A DNA stretch of 64,000 bases, from assembly GCA_973895155.1 (NCBI GenBank), contig OZ316895.1, positions 3,459,659-3,523,658 on the forward strand, written 5' to 3'. Each line of letters starts with the position of its first letter. Position 1 is the stretch's first letter. Positions 37,118 through 50,000 of this stretch are shown in pieces. A program made the translations under genes and the position numbers. The notes beneath the pieces were generated by a model, which was given only the letters and a program-made list of their open reading frames with translations, made no database searches and was not told the origin of the DNA. This DNA is from Marsupella aquatica (Eukaryota; Plantae; Marchantiophyta).

Positions 37118-39606
37118 ATGGCCGCGGTTTCAGCTAGGATCGTCGGTGCTGTTCTCAGATCCGTTGCTGCGCGGCAGACGGCTGCAACTCAGGTGGTGAT
37201 CTCGGTCGGAGTATACAGCGAGCGCTCATTGAGAAATTCCAGCACTGTCAGGTGCCGTTTTCCCCCGTCTCTCCACTTTTACTGGGTTTCTGGTGTTCGT
37301 ACCTTCTGCAATAGAAGTGGTCCTTCAAGAGAAGCTTTTCTTTGGTCTGCGTGACATTAATGCTTGATCTAGAATGCGTGGCGTTTTCATCTGTCGAAGT
37401 CTAGGGTTTTTCCAACATAAGAGATATCTTTGTTGCTACTTGTATGCAATCTGTGTTGGGCCGTGCGTATTGTATCATAGAATTTTGGATTTCCCAGCGT
37501 CTTTTGTAATATTGCGAACAGTGTTCGTGATATGCCAACTATGATACGCCTTGGAAGCTTCAGAGGTGGAACTCAGGTCCTGTGTATTTCTCTCGAGGTT
37601 CTGTGGAGGTGTCCAGGTTGAATGAGGACTGCTCACTTGAGAGTTGACGATCCAAAAGCCATTGGGTGCATAGAATAATCGTTTATGTCCATTGTTTCCG
37701 TCCCAAGAAGTGAGTGCAACTTATGTGGTGTGGGTTGCTTTGTGGGTCGTTTGTGGCGTTTGGGTCGATAGATTTGCTGTTGTTCGGAGTTTCTGGGCTC
37801 TACCTCTGGAGTATGTCATCTCTGGTCACCTTGTCCCTGTAGACAGGCAGACGGAAGGAAGGAAGTATTGTTCCTCTAGAGCCCTCACTAGCTTGGGAAG
37901 GAGGAAAAACTTGAAAAAGGAAAAGGAACGGAGAAAATCAAACTCCAAGGCCGGAACATGATGTCTGAGGGTCATTCCGTCTTGTTGGTGCTAGAATACA
38001 GGACAATATTTTTGCACCGGATTCACACCTTTTGCAAAGGTCCGTTTGCTTCGACTGGAATACGGCATTATCCTCCAAATGTGAAAGATTATTCATTAAT
38101 TTTACCTTATTCAGTCCGTGGTGTATATACCCAAACGGCTCTTCTTGGCAGACAAAGATCCGTGAATCAGGAGGTGAGTAAGTTTTCTTAACAGGTGGTT
38201 TATTCCTAAAATTGTCTCTAGACGGTATTTAATATATCTGCTCTTTCTAATGTTCTGGTATCCCTTCTCAATCAGCCTGGATGCGTTGTGTTGCAGGATT
38301 CTCAAAAAGATTTGACACGGCAGGAAGATCCATTTGATTCCATCACAGATAAAATTCCCGAGAAACCAGTTAGTGTAGCAGAAGGTGCATCTTATAGTGT
38401 AGTTATACTCCTGGGTCTGGCAGTTGCTGGAGCTGCGGCATATGCAGTTTTCAAAGAGCTTGTCTTTGAACCAAAAGAGTATGATTCTTGTTCAGTCTTC
38501 TTGCTTTGCTCTCTATGAATTTGCCCAATCCATTTGCTCTATCACTTTCACGTCTCTTGCCTAGTTCTAGCTCCTGGAAGTGCGAAGTCCGTTGTGTTCT
38601 ACTTCTGGTAGTTCCAACAATGTCTCTTGACCTTCCTTATTGCCTATAACGAATGATGATTGTCTTAACTGTCTATCGATTGCTGTAATTTGTGTACACA
38701 GATACAAAGTTTTTGGAAAGGCTCTGAATAGAGTGCAAAACGACAATCAGGTGAGCCATCTTTTGTTCTAGTTCTGGGCAGCGATATGTGATACCTGAGG
38801 AAATTGATATTTGCTTAGGATTTATTGATGGAATACTATTTAGACGAACGAACAATGTGAGGACAACGTTTTTCCACATCAGAGACGCTGGTGTGTCCTG
38901 TTTGGTTCATGAAGCCAAAGAATGGTTTGGGATATTCGCTTTCTTACAGGAATTGTCCGTAAGGCACCCGTCTCACAAGAAGTAATATCTTAATGAAAGT
39001 CATAGGTCAGTTAATGATCTAAAGTCGTCAGTTATTACGCTGGTCATGTGAGTAACATTTTCACTTAGCTGTCTAATTTGTTGTCTACACGCGAAGCAGG
39101 TTTCTGTCCGATTAGGATCACCCATCACTGGGTATGGACAGGAGAGTCGGAATCGAGCAGCACGCCAACGGATTTCAAATCGGGCATGGACAGATGAGGC
39201 TGGCATTGAGCGCGTTGAGGTGAGATCCAAAGGGGGAAATATCTCCATGTTGCCGCTGGTTGGGCTCTTAAACAGTTTCTTCATTTTTCAGTGAGCAAGC
39301 GATATTTCAGCTCTCTCAAGGTTGAAGGTCTCTTTGAATTTGCTCCTTGAAGGATGCAGGTAGCTCTACTGATTGATGTTCTCCTCCTCCCGTTACCCTT
39401 GACATGGATGCTGGTGGTGATTGCAGGTTATGTTCCACATTCGAGGACCTGGTGGAGCAGGAAAGGTTTACTCTGAAATGTTTAAAGACCCTGCGGATAA
39501 GACTTGGAAGTACACCTATCTCATTGTTGATGTGACATCACCATCCCCAGCACGCCTAATGTTGGAGTCATATGTCCCCCCTTTAGTCCCTTTGACCAGC
39601 ATGTAA
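37118..39606 (+). CDS. TIM21: Mitochondrial import inner membrane translocase subunit Tim21 (multi-exon; clear exons 38297-38478, 38702-38750, 39100-39219, 39427-39606)
   Basis: [24 protein letters not shown] (TM)..[76 protein letters not shown]-terminal presequence-like exon at 37118; the middle 5' exon is not resolved. Confidence 0.9.
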
Positions 39607-40786
39607 AAGCATTTGAAAATTTTGGCCTCCGATACTGAGTTCATAACCGGCAGCGATCTGCCATCACATTGGTGGCGCTGCAGGGGGCATCAAAGCTGCC
39701 TCTTGCCATTTGTCAGTGCTGCTGTGAGTCCATGTGCTATGCAATGTCGCAGTCGCTAACCCAGTCTTCCAAATAGTCGAAGGTGGCCACCAACTTGAGG
39801 TTTCCACCACAAAATTTGTAGGTAATATCTACTGTAAAACCAAATCGGTTGGATGCAAACGCCGTGGGCCACGTTTAGCCGATAAACAGCCCTCATTTAT
39901 CAGGGTGAGGAATTTATTTTTCTTGCCGACGTATCCAGACCACTTCATCATGATTTTCAAAAAATGAGTTTCTGCAAGGACGTTATCAAGGCCCATTTTC
40001 CTGCGTAATGCACCAGTATGCATGCAGTTCTGGTTTCGACGATGTTGCCAAGCTCTTTCTTTGGTATGATCACAAGTATTGACTTCTGGTTTTGCTGACT
40101 ACATCAACTGATTTTGGAAATATCTTAAAACTATATTAACTCAATTACGATGGAACCCTAATAAGATCATCGTCTCAGAGCCTTCAAATTCTGTAAGAAG
40201 ATCAGGAAGCCCCTCGACGACAGTAAGGCTTCAATTAAGCAACATTATACATGAACGACTAAGTACTACTGCTGCCTAGACCCAGGTCATGTCATTTGCA
40301 ATCTGGCGCTTGATAAAATTCAAGGTCCCGAGACCTATTCACTCCAGATGGGAAGTTCGTTACCTAGTAGGGTCATCGTTACTATTCCGGTGGGCACGAA
40401 ATTGCTGTGCAGGAGACGAAGACACTCAAGGCACGAACAGAAAAGAGCAAATTGTTGTCATAGTAGACCCTACGAAATAAAGGTTGAAACCAAACTGCAG
40501 AGAGCAAGAAATCACCTCCCCATTGTCTAGTACTTTTTCAACACATGTGGGAAAACTAGAGAACCGGATGCAGTCCGAGATTTCGCCTCAGCAGCTGCAT
40601 AATTGGGAAGAGACTCTTTCCAGTGGAGTGAAGTCAACATTACGCTATAACTTTTTCCAATTATCAAAAGATGCAGTGGTAGGCCGAAGTTTACTCCACG
40701 ATAGAATATAGAATATACGACAAGTGTTTGTCCTTGAATCTGGCTCGTAATCAAGATTTGGAAGCCAAGCTTTATTTAGACACACA

Positions 40787-42682
40787 ATGGTAGCAGATAG
40801 AGAGAGTCGAATTGCAGCAAGAAGAGCCCGTATAGCTGCACGTCTCCGAGCAGCAAAGGCAAATCAAGCAACTGACACCCCAGAAGCCGAACATGAAGAG
40901 ACTCCTTTCAATGTTGTGAAGTCACAAGGTTTTGCTCCAACATTTTTGAAGGCTCAACTGAAAGAAAAAGTGATGAGTCTAAAAAGTCTAGCAAACGATA
41001 GAACATTTAACCAACTATCCTTGAATATCACTCGTTATCAGGATTTGGACTCGGTTGCCCATCAGGAGCAAGAATTTTTGGCTACGGTTGAGGAAAGCAC
41101 CAAATCTCGGGGTCAATTGTCATCGATCAAGGTGCCCCAGCAATTATTCCAAAAAAGAAATGCTCTGTGTGGGGAATATGAGAGTATGGTACTCTCCAAG
41201 GATAAAATCATACAGGGAATGTATGAGGAGCTACAATTGAAGGATGACGAATATAGTTTGGCCATGAAACAACAGGTGCAAGATGTAAGAGATCTCTTAG
41301 GAGAGATGGGTCGACAAGGAACCATGCTTCATGATTTTTATCTCAAGGAGCTTGATAAGACTGAGAATACCTTGCTTTTACATCGTAATGCCCTCGTTGA
41401 TAGCAACAGGGCAGAGATGACTGTTCTCATTCAAGAGCGTCAAGATGTTGAAAGCAAATATCACGACGACACACAAGCAGCCAAGGAAAATTTCATGAAA
41501 CTTCTTAATTACATCCGAGAAGATGACATAGAGGAATTTAACGCTTTGAAGATTAGACTCGAGAATGACGCTCAAAACCTTGAACAGCATCTTCAAACCA
41601 TGCAGGCAGTGTATCAACTTAATGCAGAGAAGTTGGAGTACAACTTTTGGGTCCTCACAGAAAGAGAATTGGAAAACTACATCATGAGCAATCAACAAAA
41701 GAAAAAAATCACCAAGCAAAGGGACTCTTTGAGCAACATCAAGGGACGCCACCATGAATTGGAGAAAAAATTCACAGAACACAATGAAAGACTTACCGAA
41801 GATTACCTTCGAGTGACTAGATTACTTCAAGAATTACAACGGAAAGAGCAAAATTTGCAATTGATCCATGCGCAAATACATAAGAGGTTTTTTTCTATGC
41901 ATCTACGCACAATTTCCTCCTTTGTTAGTAGAGTTCTCCAAGCGGACAAACAAATCCATGAGCAAGAGCTAGGATGGCATTGGAGGTTGCCCAGTACCAC
42001 TTTGTTCGTGAGATTAGGTTGCGGAGAGCCACTGGAGGAAATGAACACAAACCAAGATCAAGACAAGCTTGCCAATGAAGCTGCAACCACTCGTCCACTA
42101 TTAGACTGCTTGGCTGATGAGCGATACCATTTTTTCATGGAATCGTTGATGAAGGAAGCAGGATTTTTGATAGACAAAGAGTCGACTAAAGCTGTGGCAA
42201 ATCTAAGTCCCGAACTGCATCAACGAGCCTGGTGTGCCATAATTCTCAATGCTCTTGGGGTGCATGACAGTAGTTCCCTTGAAAAACTCTTCATCTGCTT
42301 GACCAACAAGATGGACGAGAACGAGACAATAAGTGCAACCCAACTCAAAAGCTTTGTGCAAGTAGAGAAAATAGCTCAAGATCATCTTTCTGAAGAAAAA
42401 AAGAAGCATGACCTCAATCCTCTCATTCAAGTGTGGGGACACAGAGCAAAGGCAATGTCCAACAAGCTCAAGTGGGAAGGCTATTGGAGGAGCTTCACAA
42501 CAGTCATAAGTCCTAAGGTTTTATTTGTTTGGAAACATTTGGAATCTGCACTCTTCAACTATAATCAGATCCTGAAGGACCGTTTGTTTGTTTCAAAGGA
42601 GGTCATTCGGCTGAGACAAAGACATCAAAAGCTTCAAGAGACACTTTATCGGTGTCTTTCCCCCAAAGACGCACAAAAGTAG
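40787..42682 (+). CDS. DRC1: Dynein regulatory complex subunit 1 (CCDC164/NYD-SP28 family), single exon, 631 aa
   Basis: RESRIAARRARIAARL, KDDEY, LKIRLENDAQNLEQHLQTMQAVYQLNAEKLEYN, LQADKQIHEQELG, YW....VIS....VW..LE.AL..YNQILKDR; coiled-coil. Confidence 0.88.
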   Translation: MVADRESRIAARRARIAARLRAAKANQATDTPEAEHEETPFNVVKSQGFAPTFLKAQLKEKVMSLKSLANDRTFNQLSLNITRYQDLDSVAHQEQEFLATVEESTKSRGQLSSIKVPQQLFQKRNALCGEYESMVLSKDKIIQGMYEELQLKDDEYSLAMKQQVQDVRDLLGEMGRQGTMLHDFYLKELDKTENTLLLHRNALVDSNRAEMTVLIQERQDVESKYHDDTQAAKENFMKLLNYIREDDIEEFNALKIRLENDAQNLEQHLQTMQAVYQLNAEKLEYNFWVLTERELENYIMSNQQKKKITKQRDSLSNIKGRHHELEKKFTEHNERLTEDYLRVTRLLQELQRKEQNLQLIHAQIHKRFFSMHLRTISSFVSRVLQADKQIHEQELGWHWRLPSTTLFVRLGCGEPLEEMNTNQDQDKLANEAATTRPLLDCLADERYHFFMESLMKEAGFLIDKESTKAVANLSPELHQRAWCAIILNALGVHDSSSLEKLFICLTNKMDENETISATQLKSFVQVEKIAQDHLSEEKKKHDLNPLIQVWGHRAKAMSNKLKWEGYWRSFTTVISPKVLFVWKHLESALFNYNQILKDRLFVSKEVIRLRQRHQKLQETLYRCLSPKDAQK

Positions 42683-44231
42683 CACTCTAGGGCCCACCTA
42701 TTATGAAGCTTCCCTTTCACTGCTCGGTTTTGTGAAAAGCCCAAGTAATAGATTGTCTTGACATTCTTGTGAGACTTCACACAATTCAATACATTCTTTT
42801 GCCATTCAGGTAATTAAGTGAAAATGGTTTCTTTTTTTTTGGGGGGGGGGGGAGGAAAGAAAATGATTTGTCAAGTGTCTTAGGATACGCTGCCTTTTTT
42901 TATTAGGACAAACAAGTACAAATTGTAGATTCAAACTTGGACATGTGCACCTTGTTTGAATTCTTGATAACATTGGAAAGCTATCAAAAAATCATTTTAG
43001 ATGACACCTGGAGGGTCTTCTAAACGATTATGAAGTGTCCAAAATATACTTCATACTGATTTAGAAGTGTTAAACTTAAATAACTCATTTTGGTAGTTTT
43101 CATGCTTAGATAGCACCCGTAAAGGCAAAATTTGTGGCCCATATTGTACTCAGTTTGTGTTTCAGCATGCTTTTCTTGATGATACGGTGTTTGGCCTGAA
43201 AGCCTATGTAGACATAGAAAGATTTGCCTACAGTTCAGATTTGCTTATTAAATGGCATCTTTTCTGGCTCATCTGGAAAAAGTGTTATGGAGTTGAGTTA
43301 AACGTCCTGAATGTGTCCATGAGGGTTAGTCAGTCCACCCAGGCATCACGTCAACTTTTGTGTCCATCCAGGCTTCAGTTCTTTGGTTTTCTCATGTTAG
43401 CATCTAGTTTACATTATCTTATATTTAGTTCCCATATTGACACATGTTTCATTAGGTCAGACCTCTGTTTTTGTCAAGTGCTTGCTATAAATAAATAATT
43501 ATGAAAATTTGGGGCTACACTGAAAAAACCTTTAGAGTGGTTGTGAAAACTTGAAAAAATAATTGTGCTACAAACTTCTCGGCAAATTTTAGGCATACTC
43601 TCACGATTTTGATGTAAACACTGAGTATTCAGAATATAAATTGTTAAAAAACAATTTTAGGAGAATGATAGTTTGGTCTGCATTTCCTGGAATAACAAAT
43701 TATTCATACTTCAGGCAGGTCCTGCACTAACCCAGATCGCACGACCTTACTTTAGTGATCAGGTGTACATTTCTTTTTGTATTTAATAGCAAAAATGCAC
43801 CTAATGTATTCCCACCCACAGCAAAACCAACGGAGGGAGCAAAGAAAACAAATACAAGGGGCGTCAGCTGTACTGGCCTATTCATGTCCAAAAGTTGATC
43901 ACAAATCCATGTCTGCGAAAGTTTACCTTTCTGTTAGGTGCTCGCCAAATCTTCTATTTGTTCCAGGTGTAGTTTAGTCTACATTTACATACAGTAGTAT
44001 CAGGCTTACTGTAAGCCACTCTGCTTTTGTCTTTTTCAGTGCCACATGGCTTCCACGGGACAACGGTGTGATAAGGACTGAGGTCCATCCCACCGTCACT
44101 TTTTACTCTGGCTCTGGCCCTCTTTTGAGGTATAATGAAATCTGCACTTGGAGAAGTTTTCAAAATTGTGTTCGATGGCTTCGAGTTTTTCCTGTCTCAT
44201 GTTCAAACTCTGCGCATCTAACGAGTTGACA

Positions 44232-44242
44232 GGTTATGGGCC
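44232..44242 (+). other. Primer-binding site GGTTATGGGCC (half-tRNA-iMet type)
   Basis: Directly follows the LTR end ..GTTGACA; same type as the Drosophila copia PBS. Confidence 0.75.
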
Positions 44243-44803
44243 TTAATTCTATAGGCTGCGCTTGCACTACACGCTGACTGAAATACTCAGCTCCATTCTT
44301 TCTTTACACAGATTTTTGTCAATTTTTACAATGTTGAATCCTTTTCGCGATTCTACACACACAATTCCAAAGCTGGAAGGAGGAGTCAATTATGACTCGT
44401 GGAAAATGCTTGTCTCCGCCGGTCTTCAATCATCGGGCTCATGGAAGTTTATTGATAGAACTGCTACACCGCGTGTGAAGGAAACTGTTGCGGCTAGGCT
44501 TGAAGCTTTTGATTCTCAAGCAGCGTTAGCACTGATGATTATCTTGTCTTCTTGTAAGCCTCATGCCCAGACCAGTCTGGTACATTTGCTTGCAATGAAA
44601 GCATGTTGGGAGAAGCTGCAACAGCAATTTCAACCACGAGGAATCTGTTGCAATTTCAACCACGAGGAATCGTACAGAAACATACCATTGGCGACATTTT
44701 GTCAAGTTATAGTATCAAGGTGAGGAGATGGAGGCATTTTCTGGTCGATATTTGGATGCAATCAATCGTTGTATCATTGCAGGAATCACCATCGATCCAG
44801 AGG

Positions 44804-45132
44804 CTCGGGGGAGTCACTTCCACGGAAGTGGCACATCACGTGCGACGAAATTATATAGGCCCATTTAAATGGGTGTGAAGGAAGACTTCCAAAGTTTGGT
44901 GGAAGAACACTTAGGACATGTTTTATTGACTAGTCAACTTTAAAGAACACATAGGCCTATTTAATGGTAAAAAATACTTTCTTTAAAGTTTTTAGGGGTT
45001 TTTTAATAAAAAATGGCAAAATTTAAAGGAAAAAAGGGCTTTGCAAAAAAATAATTTTCACTTATAAGCTAGGGGGGTCAAACCCTAAAATGTTGCACGT
45101 TATGTATGGCTCTCCATATAGTGAGCCCCGAG
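44804..45132. mobile_element. MITE inserted in copia gag, 8-bp TSD (hAT/P-like)
   Basis: Ends CTCGGGGGAGTCACT and AGTGAGCCCCGAG; flanks TCCAGAGG and TCCAAAGG; AT-rich interior interrupts gag. Confidence 0.6.
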
Positions 45133-46726
45133 TCCAAAGGTTCAGATTTATGCAATTCTTGTTCATTCTTGATCCACATCCAAATTTTCAGCACTGGGCT
45201 ACAAATATTAGCAACCAGATGCGTCAAGATCCATTGCACACACCGTCTTTAGATCTGGTTCTTCAAGAGGCCAAGAATGAGTGGTGGAGTCAACAAGAAC
45301 GAGAACAGCCAACACTTCAATTAAACGTGTCTTGATTGCAGACACAAGCTCGGTCCTCACAATCACGTTCTTCTGTACACACTTCAAAGTGTTTGTTTTG
45401 CCACTTCTCCAATCACAAAGACGACATGTGTTTTTATAAACATGTCCATCTTCGTCGGCCTGGATGGCAACTGAATACCGTCATAATGCAACGAATTCAA
45501 GAATGATTGAAAGGAACAATGCAAGTTCAAGCATCTACCTCTAGTCAACCAACTAGATCGACTTCTCTGCTTCTTGATGGTTTTACCTTTGCTCAATTCT
45601 CGCATCAAGTTCACTCGGATGCTACAGATCATCTAACACCAGCTACGTGGATTTCCAATTCGGGCGCTAACCACCATTTCTATAACAATCATGATACTTT
45701 GGAGAACTATGTGGATGATCCACTCACAATCAACACTGGAGCGGGCTCAGTCATTTCACCAGGTTACGGAGATGTTCGTCTTTCACTTGTTCGTTCTGAC
45801 AAGTCTGTTCGTCCTGTTCATTTGCATACAATCTGATACATGCCAACTAGCTTGCTTAATACCATGTCAAAACATTTGCTAGAACTACACAGTGTATACT
45901 GGCATGGATGGCAGTCTAAATTTGTTGTGCAAAATAGTGGGGAGGAATTTGCTACAACACCCAAAATAGATGGTCTAAAAGTACTTACGGTTTGACCGGA
46001 TGTGTTGCCAGTGTGTCAAATAGCTGTTGTTGATAGTAGATCTCTCACTCTTAACATTGTCCATAGGCGATTTGCACATCGACACATAGATGGATTGAAA
46101 CATTTAATTAAATAAGGAGGGATGGTTGTCACCGATATTATCAATCCCTAACCCGTGTACAGTTTGCGCCATAGCCAAGTTTAAGCGTATTATTTGCAGG
46201 AAGTCTCTGCTCCAGTCTCAAGACCTTTTGTGCACATACACATGGATCTCATAGGACCAATTGCCACTCAAAGGTTAGGATCCAAGCGATATTTCCTTCT
46301 AATTGCATATGACTTCACATGTTTTCCATGAGTCTCCTCTCTTAACAATAAGACTCAGGTTCTTGACATTTGTCACTTCTTTTACTACTATCGACAATCA
46401 GTACTCATCTAAGATCTCAGAGTGTTATTGTAACAATGACACTGAATTTAGCAGCCATATTTGTCAGCAATTTTTGGCTGACAAAGGTTGTCGGATGGTT
46501 CACTCTGCGCCATATCATCATAGTCAGATTGGAATTGTGGAACGTACAACTGGCATCATTACTGAGAAAGCTTGTGCGGTGCTGCTTGACTCTAAGCTTC
46601 CTACTTATTTGTGGCCTGAAGCTAAAGTTGGTGTAGTGTCCATCACAAATCGATCTCCAACGAGTTCAAATGATGATTTTGCTGCTCCAATTCTTTGTCT
46701 CCGTTCATCACTTGGCTTAATCACCC

Positions 46727-47055
46727 TATTCATTAAAAGTGTATTTTATTTTGTTCACTTTTAGGCCTCAAAATGTACACTTTTTGGTCTCGAAATGTAC
46801 ACTTTTTAACCCCAAAAGGTATACTATAGTACAATACTCTACACCTAAATAGTCAATTGTAAACTTGAGGGAGAAAAAATGATCTTTACTAGAAGGAGTT
46901 TCATCCTAGTTCATTTATAAAAGATGAACATGGTGGTATGTTTGATGGCCATTACCTTTATTTCTTGCCCAAATATACACTTTTTGAAAGCCAAATGTAC
47001 ACTTTCTATTGCCCAAATGTTCACAAATTGAATAATAATTCATTTTTAATGAATA
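46727..47055. mobile_element. MITE inserted in copia integrase, TA-flanked (Tc1/Stowaway-like)
   Basis: Inverted ends TATTCATTAAAA and TTTTAATGAATA; internal AAATGTACACTTT-like motif repeated. Confidence 0.6.
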
Positions 47056-50000
47056 AATTGCATTACAATACAGATCAAATCTTAGCCATGTACTTCCATG
47101 TGTTTGGCGCAACCGCACATGTTCATATTCCACCTGAGAAACGTCCACAAGGGGTCAAGTTTGAGCCTCGAGCGGAAACGGGTTATCTTGTAGGATACGC
47201 TGATGGTATCAATTACAGGGTCTGGTTTCCAAAGACAGATGCAATAACAATCTCAGCTTATGTTTCATTTGATGAAACATTGAGAACTGCTCTCATCATG
47301 CCAGCTCCACTCAATATCCCTTTTGAGCTTCCAAAATTGGATTATGGTACAAGCGCTACGCCTACTTCCCTACAGCTTGTCATTTTGAATGACATCGCTT
47401 CGGCTTATGGTCTTCCTCATTCTTCTATCCCAGAAGAGGCGGTCACCATGCTACCTTCACCTCCAACAGTTTCTTTGACTTCCAAAGAAGATACGGCAAC
47501 TACTCCGGACTTTCCTGAGGTGGCCATCGTGGCTCCCCCTCTTGGGACTCCATCTAACAAAGATCTTCAGGCTGATATTTATGCTGCAATCGCTGGTACA
47601 CCGCCAATTCTTAGACAGTCTGCTTGGGCTATCAAGGGCCTACCACCTGCTCCCTATGATACTATGGGACAGACATTAGTTCTTTTGTCTCATATCCCTA
47701 GCTTCGTCACTTTTGTATTCATACTCTGCGACACTGTTTTCTTCAGGAACTCACCAGGTACCTTCCTCTGCATAAAGAAGCGATGAATCGACCCGATGCG
47801 GATCAATGGAAGGCAGCTGAACAAACTGAGCTCACACAACTTAAAAAGCTCCAAGTTGCTCGGCTTGTTCCTTTACCTGCTGGAGCTCATTTGTTACCCT
47901 CTCGTTGGGTATACTCACATAAACGAACCACAGGTCTATACAAGGCCAGATTTGTTGCCAGGGGCGACAAGCAACGTCCTGGTGAAGATTTTCAGGAAAC
48001 ATTTGCCTCGGTGGTCAGGCCAGAAACATTTCAACCCATCATGGCACTGCTGACCCTTCACAATCTACACGCTAAATCGTTTGATGTGGTTACAGTTTTC
48101 GTGTATGCAATAGTGGCAGGCCAGATACCATTTATGTGCGTCCTTGTGTTCAAGCTCTGCGCATGTAACGAGTCAACAATGTCAACCCATTCAAAGTTCT
48201 CCTATCAATGAAATCTCTTTTGGTCAAACAATGTAATGAAATATTAACATGCCAGCAGATCCTAACCCTTTCATACTTCTTGTTTTACAAAGTTGTGAGT
48301 AGTGAGTTGAATGGTGGACCGGCTTCGCTTGTCGGTGACAGACTGCATGTGGTCAACATCCCCACCTGATGTGCAATGGGCAATATACTGCAAGCATTGT
48401 CTTCTGTCAATCCATTTGCACTATGACCATCCAGGTGTCTCAAATGGTTCAATCTGTGCCGTCCGCAATGGTAGGTTGAGCCCAAACTCGCCAGTTCTGA
48501 TGCTGGTGGCAACTTTGGGTGGGCTGCACTCCAGGGATTTAATTTTGCTGGGTGGGATTCAGAATTTGGTTTCCCTAACCGGGTCACACTAAATTCATCC
48601 TTGGCCATGCATTCCCGGCAAAGAATACTCTGATATACTCAAAGCAGTGGAAGACCTAGGTCATGCAAACTACATAGTCGGACACTATAGTCTACCCTCA
48701 AGTCCCCTATACTAGCCAATTGCATTCGATGCTATTGGCAAACTTTTGGGGGTGCTCTAGGAGCATTAAGTAATCCATGTCACCTACCCCTGGGTGCAGC
48801 CCCCAACTTTTGCAGTGTTCCTAGGATGGCTAACCATCCCTAGAAAATGCAATCTCCGGGCCAACCTGGCAAAATTGTGTCTGGTTGAGATTTTTTTCCA
48901 AGTGATCTTGTCATCTTTTGGGGGCAGGGCACATTTCTGGGGTGAAATGGCGCTCTTAGCTCATACTTAGAACTAGGGGTGGAACCATGGCAGAATGACA
49001 GGCAATTGGCTTTCAATGTCAAGATGGGGGAAGCACCAGACTGACAGGAAACGAGAAAGAGATGAAATGAGCAAGTTTCCCGAGAAACTGTGTCTTCTAT
49101 TATTGTACCACAAAAGCAGGAGGCCAGTGATGATTACCGTTTCCAGGGCCCAGCTTAAAAAATGGAAGCCGAATTGCCATTGTCACTGCACGGCTCAACT
49201 TTAAAAAATGGAAGCCGAATTGATATTGTCCCTGCAGAGATGCACTGGCGAAAAGGGGTGTGCAAGATGCTGTCTCTGTTTTCGGTTACGAACCGTAAAT
49301 TTTTACTTCAAAATGCAGAATGAAACCAGTGGTCCAGACCAATGCAAGAGGTGTAGATCATGACCTACACCACAACGTTCACTTGTTGCTGCAGGCTGAC
49401 AATTGCATAGCGTTATTATAAACCAACCTTCCAGTCACCCGGCCACACACAGATCCACCAGCTCTAGCAAGGAAGCTGCATTCTACAGTCCATAGCCTTA
49501 TTATAATCCCACCAGCCAGTCAGTAAGCACACCACGGCTAGGCAAGGGAGATGCAATCTAAATTTCCACTGTAGTGTCAACAGTTGGGTGCTCACTGCTC
49601 AGACATGGCCGGTACTCCATTGCATTTGACTCCTACCACTGATGAGTAATCTCGGCGAAACTAAGTCTAGTACTGTAGTGTTCCATAGCTGACACTCCAG
49701 GTGGTCCAGGAGCATGCAGAATCAGTGATGACCGTCAGTGACTGCGTGGGCTGTTGTTCAGCTTTCACATGTCTCATCCCTCTGTCAGATCTGTCTGCTT
49801 CGCTACTGTATGGATCGCTGGAGAGAATCGCGATCGAGCTCCTCGAGGAATTGCATTTATGGGTGCTTGCACTGATGGAGGGTAAAGGTCTCTCATCCGA
49901 ACAGTGAGAATACCGCCAAAGCGTTCGGACCTCTTCCATTATTTTAGTTTGGGTCGGAACAGCTCTATTATTCAAAGATAAAGCAACGGTATCATTGTCC

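Larger units (their letters stand above)
43914..48178 (+). mobile_element. Decayed Ty1/copia LTR retrotransposon (gag-PR-INT-partial RT; RT/RNaseH and most of 3' LTR deleted)
   Basis: gag KLEGGVNYDSWK, protease WISNSGANHH, integrase HMDLIGP / SAPYHHSQIGIVER / LPTYLWPEA / KFEPRAETGYLVGY, RT WKAAEQTEL..SRWVY..YKARFVARGDKQRPGEDFQETFASV. Many stops and frameshifts. LTR 3' end repeated at 44200-44231 and 48147-48178. Candidate TSD ATGTC at 43909-43913 and 48179-48183. Confidence 0.9.
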
